Shown here: piece after piece, positions 37,630 to 43,274 of the stretch
How the letters are laid out: every line of letters begins with the position of its first letter
Position numbering within the stretch: the stretch's first letter is position 1
Assembly: GCA_964400475.1 (NCBI GenBank)
Contig: CAYNTH010000005.1
Coordinates: forward strand, 11,064-54,337
DNA from: an uncultured archaeon
GTDB lineage: Archaea; Aenigmatarchaeota; Aenigmatarchaeia; CG10238-14; SCSR01
Direction of reading: 5' to 3'
DNA: 43,274 nt
Position numbers and translations under genes: made by a program
The notes under the pieces: generated by a model
Databases searched by the model: none
What the model saw: the letters and a program-made list of their open reading frames with translations, nothing else
What the model was told of the DNA's origin: nothing

Positions 37630-39258
37630 ATGATGAGAGACTATTCTGAAGAAGGCCGTGAGCATAGATGCCCGGAGTGCGGGAGTGGAAACGTACTGGA
37701 CGATGAGGAGTCCGGGGAACGCGTTTGTAAGAACTGCGGTATGGTCATTTCTGATGTTATAACAGATACCGGTCCCGAATGGCGGGCATTCACCAAGCAA
37801 GAGAAAGATGCCAAGGCAAGAACCGGCGCCCCATCATCACCATTGTATGTTGACAGGGGTTCGGTGATTACATATCCTAAGGGGAAAGAGAACACTCCCG
37901 AAATGAGGAGGATGATAAAATGGAATCGGAGAGCGAAGGTAACCGAAAGTAAGGAAAGGAACCTGAACAAGGCCATGAACGAGATAAACCGACTCGGGGA
38001 CCAGTTGAAAGTTCCTAAACGTGTGAAGGAGAGAGCAGCGGTCATATACAAGGATGCGCTGAGAAATAATTTGGTGAGAGGCAGGAGCATAGACGAGATA
38101 GCTGCTGCATCTATGAAGGCTGCATTCAAGCAGATGGATATACAAAGACCGCTAAAAGAAATCACGAAGAAGACCCATGTCGACCATAAGGCTGTTGCAA
38201 GGTCTTACAGGTTGTTGGTGTACGAATTGGGTCTAAAAACACCAGCACCCGACCCGAGGAAAATGGTGGATAAAATCGCAGAGGAATTGGATCTGCCTGG
38301 AGACGTGAGACAGCATACCAACCGAATTCTGAAAAAATGCATGGATTTGAAAATAACAGGAGGGAAATCACCATCAGGTATGGTGAGTGCGGCGATTTAC
38401 ATAGCATCGGATTATAAGGCAGATATTGATGAAGATTATAAAAAAGTGCGCAAAACCCAAAGGGATATAGCAATGGCTGCAGATGTCACAGAAGTAACTA
38501 TAAGAAACAGATACAAAGATATAGAAAATAAATTCGAGAGCGAGGGAATAGACGTGGAGGAACTTGTTGAAGATATAGAAACAATTGATGTGACTGTCCC
38601 AAAATCAAAACCAAAGAAAAAGAACAAACAGCCCATAGATGGTGAATACGTCAACAGGCTGAAACAGCTATCTCACAGGCTCGATTTGGATGTGAAAACA
38701 TACAATATGGCCAGAGACATATATACACAGGCAATTGAAGAAGGAATTATAAACGAAAATTCCAAGAAAATTGGAATAGACGCATCATTAGCGGTTGCCA
38801 TGCGAATATACAACAAACAAATATTCCCCTACAGGAACGTCTCAAAAATATCGAACAACCTCAGCCATGAAATAAGAAACTTGCAAGAACGCCTATACAA
38901 TAAAATCGAAATGGAATTGCCAGAAGTGGAAATGTCGGAATATATTGATTATATTTCGAGGTTTTTGGTAGACGTGGAAGATTATGTAATGGAATCAGCT
39001 GAATTGTTGTTGAACGAGTACAAGATAGATAATAATGAAATAAGAGAAGAAAAGAAAGCAACATTGGCATTATCCGCAATAAAAAAAGCTTGCTCCCATT
39101 ACAAGATATACATGTCTCATCTGAAAATAGCGGAAACTATTGGAATAGACCCGTATGATGTATCAAAAACCGACAAGGAAATCGACAAGTATGATATTAA
39201 AAATATATTACAAGATCACGAATTATTCGATACTTTGATACGGAATAAAGCTTTATGA
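37630..39258 (+). CDS. tfb: Transcription initiation factor IIB with an extra C-terminal pair of cyclin-like repeats
   Basis: Zn ribbon CPEC...CKNC, GPEWRAF, ERNL, LVRGRS, GKSPSG and TQRDIA..ADVTEVTIRNRY, followed by about 240 extra residues. Confidence 0.92.
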   Translation: MMRDYSEEGREHRCPECGSGNVLDDEESGERVCKNCGMVISDVITDTGPEWRAFTKQEKDAKARTGAPSSPLYVDRGSVITYPKGKENTPEMRRMIKWNRRAKVTESKERNLNKAMNEINRLGDQLKVPKRVKERAAVIYKDALRNNLVRGRSIDEIAAASMKAAFKQMDIQRPLKEITKKTHVDHKAVARSYRLLVYELGLKTPAPDPRKMVDKIAEELDLPGDVRQHTNRILKKCMDLKITGGKSPSGMVSAAIYIASDYKADIDEDYKKVRKTQRDIAMAADVTEVTIRNRYKDIENKFESEGIDVEELVEDIETIDVTVPKSKPKKKNKQPIDGEYVNRLKQLSHRLDLDVKTYNMARDIYTQAIEEGIINENSKKIGIDASLAVAMRIYNKQIFPYRNVSKISNNLSHEIRNLQERLYNKIEMELPEVEMSEYIDYISRFLVDVEDYVMESAELLLNEYKIDNNEIREEKKATLALSAIKKACSHYKIYMSHLKIAETIGIDPYDVSKTDKEIDKYDIKNILQDHELFDTLIRNKAL

Positions 39259-39427
39259 TTGACATAATCAATTTTTCATATTGTAGAGCAAAATTGATTA
39301 TATCTATGCTAATACTCTTCCTATACAATACCAAAACCTTCTTATCCAATATGTTATCATACTCAATCTAAAATCGGAACAGTTCGAATATTTTTATCTA
39401 AAAACCAAATACTGATATGAAGAAGAT

Positions 39428-40426
39428 ATGAGCAAACAACCCTTCTATTACATATATGTGCTAGCAATGGTAGCTATGACAGCATACGTCTCATTCATAA
39501 TAATAAAATACAGTCCGTCACCCGCCATCAGCGATGGTTTAACTGGCAGGTTCTTCGATACAATTGGGATATATCAAAATAGGGGTGACTATGTTAAAAA
39601 ATTCCGTAATGAAGAAAATGTGGACGGGAAAAAGAATTTGGAAACGTTATTCAAAAACATATATGGAAACGAGAACATCTCGGCGTTGTCCAGAATAGAA
39701 AATATAACAATTCCAACTGAAAAGAAAAATAAGATTAGAATTATATGTTTGGGGGACTCATTCACAATGGGATATGGTGTGGACAAATCCGATACATGGC
39801 CCAGTCAATTGGAAAATAAACTGAATTCTGGCAATGAAAAATATGAAGTGATGAACCTGGGTATATCTGGAATAGGATCTGCTGAAGAATTGACCATATT
39901 AAAAAGTATGATAGAATATAACCCAGATATAGTGATACTCCAATTCCATTCAAATGATTTCATAAATATCAGCGAAGCATACGAGTCTGTAGAGGAATTG
40001 AAAAATGAGTATGAGAAGGGTAATTTGGAAATAAGGATAGACGAAAAAGAAAAGAACGAATTCGGAATGACCAAAAACGAATACATCAATTATTATATCA
40101 ATAAAATGGCATGGGGGATAAAATACAAAACATATACCAAAGAAGAGGAATGGAACAAAACCGAACCCCATTTAATTAAAATGATCGAGATTACTGAAAA
40201 AAATAATATAGAATTCATAATATTCGCATTCGATATCTACAATTACCAGTCCACAAATATAACACGACTATCCGACGAATATGATTTCACGTTCCTGAAT
40301 ATGAAGGAATACATTCACTCATTACCGCTAACTGATATAAGACTCCAGGACTACCACTTCAACCCAAATGGATACGATATAATAAGCGACGAATTACTAA
40401 AAACCTTAGAAGCGTCTAATAATTAA
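39428..40426 (+). CDS. SGNH/GDSL hydrolase with N-terminal membrane anchor
   Basis: GDSFTMG, NLGISG, ND and DYHFNPNG. Confidence 0.85.
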   Translation: MSKQPFYYIYVLAMVAMTAYVSFIIIKYSPSPAISDGLTGRFFDTIGIYQNRGDYVKKFRNEENVDGKKNLETLFKNIYGNENISALSRIENITIPTEKKNKIRIICLGDSFTMGYGVDKSDTWPSQLENKLNSGNEKYEVMNLGISGIGSAEELTILKSMIEYNPDIVILQFHSNDFINISEAYESVEELKNEYEKGNLEIRIDEKEKNEFGMTKNEYINYYINKMAWGIKYKTYTKEEEWNKTEPHLIKMIEITEKNNIEFIIFAFDIYNYQSTNITRLSDEYDFTFLNMKEYIHSLPLTDIRLQDYHFNPNGYDIISDELLKTLEASNN

Positions 40427-40557
40427 AAAAATTAGGCAAAACAGGGAATGAGCAAATATTCCGTTATTATCGCAACTGGTCCTTTAGGCATAGATAGAAA
40501 TGAAATAATAGCTTATAAAACAGTTTTGATTTCGTTAGGTCTAGACCTAATCAAAAA

Positions 40558-40935
40558 TCATTCGAATCTCTTGCCGAATTTCAAATAAGGATCGATTTTC
40601 CTCTCGATTAGAACCGGCTCACCGTCGATCATCTTGTATTTTAAATGGGCTCTGTGATTAAAAATCTTCCATTCGTTATAACCATCCCCCTTCATGGATT
40701 CTATATTATATTCGTCTAAAACCAATTCTGGGAAAACTAATTCGACATTAACTTCATTATCTGTAGATGCTGATATCTTCGCATATATATTGTTGTCATC
40801 TGGAGCCAAATTTTCATCAACAGGACGCTTCAACTTTATCCACCAAACGCCCTGATAATCTTCTATTTCGAATCCTCTTTTGATGTATTCCCTATAGAGT
40901 TTATCCAGACCATCGATGCATATCGAACTGTCCAT
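40558..40935 (-). CDS. Hypothetical protein
   Basis: ORF only. Confidence 0.55.
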   Translation of the reverse strand: MDSSICIDGLDKLYREYIKRGFEIEDYQGVWWIKLKRPVDENLAPDDNNIYAKISASTDNEVNVELVFPELVLDEYNIESMKGDGYNEWKIFNHRAHLKYKMIDGEPVLIERKIDPYLKFGKRFE

Positions 40936-40971
40936 AGTTAAAATATTTGTACAAAAGCTTTTATTTGGACA

Positions 40972-42147
40972 CTATCTTCGTCTTCTCCTGGAACGCCTTC
41001 CCCTTCTACCACGTTTATATCTCTTGGTATGGAAGGATAATTTCTTGAATTTGGGTGTATCAACCTTCTCTACATCATACCTGTATTTCTGCAATATCCG
41101 TCCGAATGTCTTGTGATCTTCGTTGGCTATCAGGGATATTGCCTTACCTGTCTTTCCCGCACGGGCAGTACGACCTATCCTATTCGCAAAACTCTCTATG
41201 TCGTTCGGTATGGAATAGTTGAATATGTGTGTAACACCATCTATATCCAAACCACGGGCTGCCACATTCGTAGCAACCAAACACGTAAATTTGCCCTTAT
41301 CGAAATCCCGCATTATCCTCTCACGTCTGGCCTGTGTAAGACCTCCGTTTATACAAAGGGCCTTTATACCATGTTTCTTCAGATTGTAAGCAACCGAATT
41401 GGTTTCCCTTCTAGTGTTACAGAACACTATACACATATTCGGGTTTTCTTCCTTGATCAGATGCGTTAATAGAGAGAACTTCTTGTGTCTATTCACATCA
41501 TAATAATACTGTCTCAGGACCATATCGTCCACCTTGTGGGACGTCTTTATCCTCTGTGCGTTCTTGGTAAAACGGTTGGCTATACCCAAGAGCTCCCTGG
41601 GCATTGTCGCACTGAACAAAAGCGCCTGTTTGTCATTAGGCGTCTTCCTTTCTATAGAACGTATGTCGTCGATGAAACCCATGTTTATCATCTTGTCGGC
41701 TTCATCCAATATGAATGCTTTCACATTGCTAACATTCAATGTACCCCTTCTCAGATGGTCCAGGATACGACCTGGTGTACCAACGACTATATCGGTATCT
41801 CTCAAATCCCTTATCTGTGGGTTTATAGAAACACCGCCGTAAATCGCGCGTATCTTAAGCCTCTTGTGCTTCGACAAATCGCGGAAATCACCGGCTATCT
41901 GTTTTGCCAGTTCACGCACAGGTGCCAAAACCAGAACCTGCACACCCTTCCCTCTTTCGGTCTTTTCTATCACCGGGATAGCAAAAGCCGCTGTCTTACC
42001 AGAACCTGTCTGCGATTGTCCTATGACATCCGCACCTTGTTTGATTACTGGTATAGTCTCTTTCTGTATGTTCGTAGGGTTTTCAAAACCCATATCTCTT
42101 ATCGATAACAATATATCATTATCTATATTCAATTCTTCAAATTTCAC
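40972..42147 (-). CDS. DEAD-box RNA helicase
   Basis: Q motif, QTGSGKT, PVRELA, GTPGR, DEAD, SAT, ARGLD and RIGRTAR, with an Arg-rich tail. Confidence 0.95.
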   Translation of the reverse strand: MKFEELNIDNDILLSIRDMGFENPTNIQKETIPVIKQGADVIGQSQTGSGKTAAFAIPVIEKTERGKGVQVLVLAPVRELAKQIAGDFRDLSKHKRLKIRAIYGGVSINPQIRDLRDTDIVVGTPGRILDHLRRGTLNVSNVKAFILDEADKMINMGFIDDIRSIERKTPNDKQALLFSATMPRELLGIANRFTKNAQRIKTSHKVDDMVLRQYYYDVNRHKKFSLLTHLIKEENPNMCIVFCNTRRETNSVAYNLKKHGIKALCINGGLTQARRERIMRDFDKGKFTCLVATNVAARGLDIDGVTHIFNYSIPNDIESFANRIGRTARAGKTGKAISLIANEDHKTFGRILQKYRYDVEKVDTPKFKKLSFHTKRYKRGRRGRRSRRRRR

Positions 42148-42310
42148 TTAAATCATCTCCTTTAATCTTTAAAGAAATCACATAAGCAATAGAATTAGTT
42201 TAGTCTAATTACATTAGATCGCAACCTCAACGGGTTGTCGAATCACTAACGCTATTTGTCACAACTTTGTATTTCTCTTCTTCAATACATACTCATAGGG
42301 GTATTTAAAG
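42148..42310 (-). promoter_or_regulatory. Promoter and long structured 5' leader of the DEAD-box helicase
   Basis: TTTAAATA at about 42302-42309, two hairpins inside a closing stem (42187-42258), and GGAGATGA SD. Confidence 0.45.
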
Positions 42311-42334
42311 ATTTGTGTTACGAAAGAGTAGTAA

Positions 42335-43054
42335 TCATCTGGACCTGCTGATCCTGGTTCTGGCCGTTTCCGCTCGAACCCTCGGCCCGATGAATGTCCA
42401 CAACCAATTCACGAATTCACTCACACTCTTCGTCTGTATGTATACTTCTCCTGGTCCGGTTATGTTAACGACCAACCCCTCGCCACCGAGTATGGTCTCC
42501 TTCCATCCGCCAAATTTTTCAACAGTATAATCGCACGTGTCGCTGAATGCGACCAGATGGAAATTGTCCACCACCAACTGCTGCCCCTTTTTCAAAACAT
42601 GTTTGTCGATGGCGCCGAACGTGTTTATGAACAACTGTCCGCTCCCGGAGGTCCTTATCATGAACAACCCCTGTCCGAAAAGTCCCTTCCGGAATCCTTC
42701 CCATCTAACATCCAGATCAACATTATCAGTGGACGCTATGTATGAACTCTTCTGTATTATGTATCCTTTTTTCGGGGTCACCTTGAACGTCTCTATATCA
42801 CCGACCGGTGCTGCGACCAGGGCAACCTCCGATCCATCGTCCATGGCAACGTACCTGTTAACAAATAAAGACTGACGCCCGAACAGGGACATCCCTATGG
42901 TCTTCAATATACTCTTGTCCCTGGTGGATGTTTCAACATCGATAGAAGGCGACATATAAGTGAGAGCCCCCGCTTCCGACTTTATGGATTCCCCCTTATC
43001 CATCTTCATTACAAGCATCGAATAGGATGGTCTGTACTTTATCTCATATTCCAT
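42335..43054 (-). CDS. TIGR00266 / AIM24 family protein
   Basis: E.I.SE.GA...MS, SLF.N.Y, GDI, VVDN.HLVAF and GGEGLV....GPG.V.IQT. Confidence 0.9.
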   Translation of the reverse strand: MEYEIKYRPSYSMLVMKMDKGESIKSEAGALTYMSPSIDVETSTRDKSILKTIGMSLFGRQSLFVNRYVAMDDGSEVALVAAPVGDIETFKVTPKKGYIIQKSSYIASTDNVDLDVRWEGFRKGLFGQGLFMIRTSGSGQLFINTFGAIDKHVLKKGQQLVVDNFHLVAFSDTCDYTVEKFGGWKETILGGEGLVVNITGPGEVYIQTKSVSEFVNWLWTFIGPRVRAETARTRISRSR

Positions 43055-43112
43055 TTCATTTCACCAATTGATAATAAAGAGAGTTTCTGCTATTAAAATA
43101 AATGGTTCGAAT

Positions 43113-43274
43113 TCAAGGTATACGTGTTCCCCAAAAAGTCACATAATATGTTCCTTCGCAACTCGCGACCGTTCTCCCGAACGGGAACCAATTCAAACTG
43201 TAATCGCATATCAATTCGTATTTTTCAGTGCCGTTTGGATATACCACCCAACCAAGTGTACCGTCTTTATGTGC
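43113..43274 (-). CDS. 3' end of a hypothetical protein entering from the right edge
   Basis: Open frame ...GTLGWVVYPNGTEKYELICDYSLNWFPFGRTVASCEGTYYVTFWGTRIP-stop. Confidence 0.5.
   Translation of the reverse strand, partial: AHKDGTLGWVVYPNGTEKYELICDYSLNWFPFGRTVASCEGTYYVTFWGTRIP

Noticed and set aside
40448-40588. 46-aa plus-strand ORF (MSKYSVIIATGPLG...)
   Set aside because: No motif, and it overlaps the end of the opposite gene. Not supportable.
549-42875. Numerous overlapping antisense or alternate-frame ORFs in the track (e.g. 7396-8028, 8587-9228, 19537-20187, 41485-42108)
   Set aside because: They overlap well-supported genes and have Ser/Phe/Ile-rich shadow composition with no motifs.
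1-43274. CRISPR array, rRNA, transposase or known defence system
   Set aside because: I saw no regularly spaced repeats or diagnostic genes on manual reading.

Overview
This is a gene-dense archaeal chromosome segment. Archaeal markers include TFB, rpl10e/uL16, SepF/DUF552, DUF1512, archaeal Ogg and PyrH, a histone-fold protein and tRNAs without encoded CCA. The many orphan genes between housekeeping genes and a large Cys-rich surface protein suggest a DPANN lineage, possibly Aenigmarchaeota-like (inference). Housekeeping content: agmatinase, a divergent pgk, tdk, thiI, ogg, a pyrimidine-dimer glycosylase, sod, pyrH, ppsA, thyX, dut, a split metG, a DEAD-box helicase, two B12 radical-SAM enzymes, tRNA-Leu(GAG) and tRNA-Thr(GGT). 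I saw no CRISPR array, integrase or transposase. The main items missed by the ORF track are three. (1) A 20-aa, 7-Cys metallothionein-like gene between an encapsulin-type ferritin-like gene and sod. (2) A box C/D sRNA whose two guides match 16S h44 (C1402) and 23S H69, the two sides of ribosomal bridge B2a. (3) A 54-aa face-to-face-type histone. Among the tracked ORFs, the TFB carries a second, diverged pair of cyclin repeats, and the surface protein appears built by nested domain insertion.
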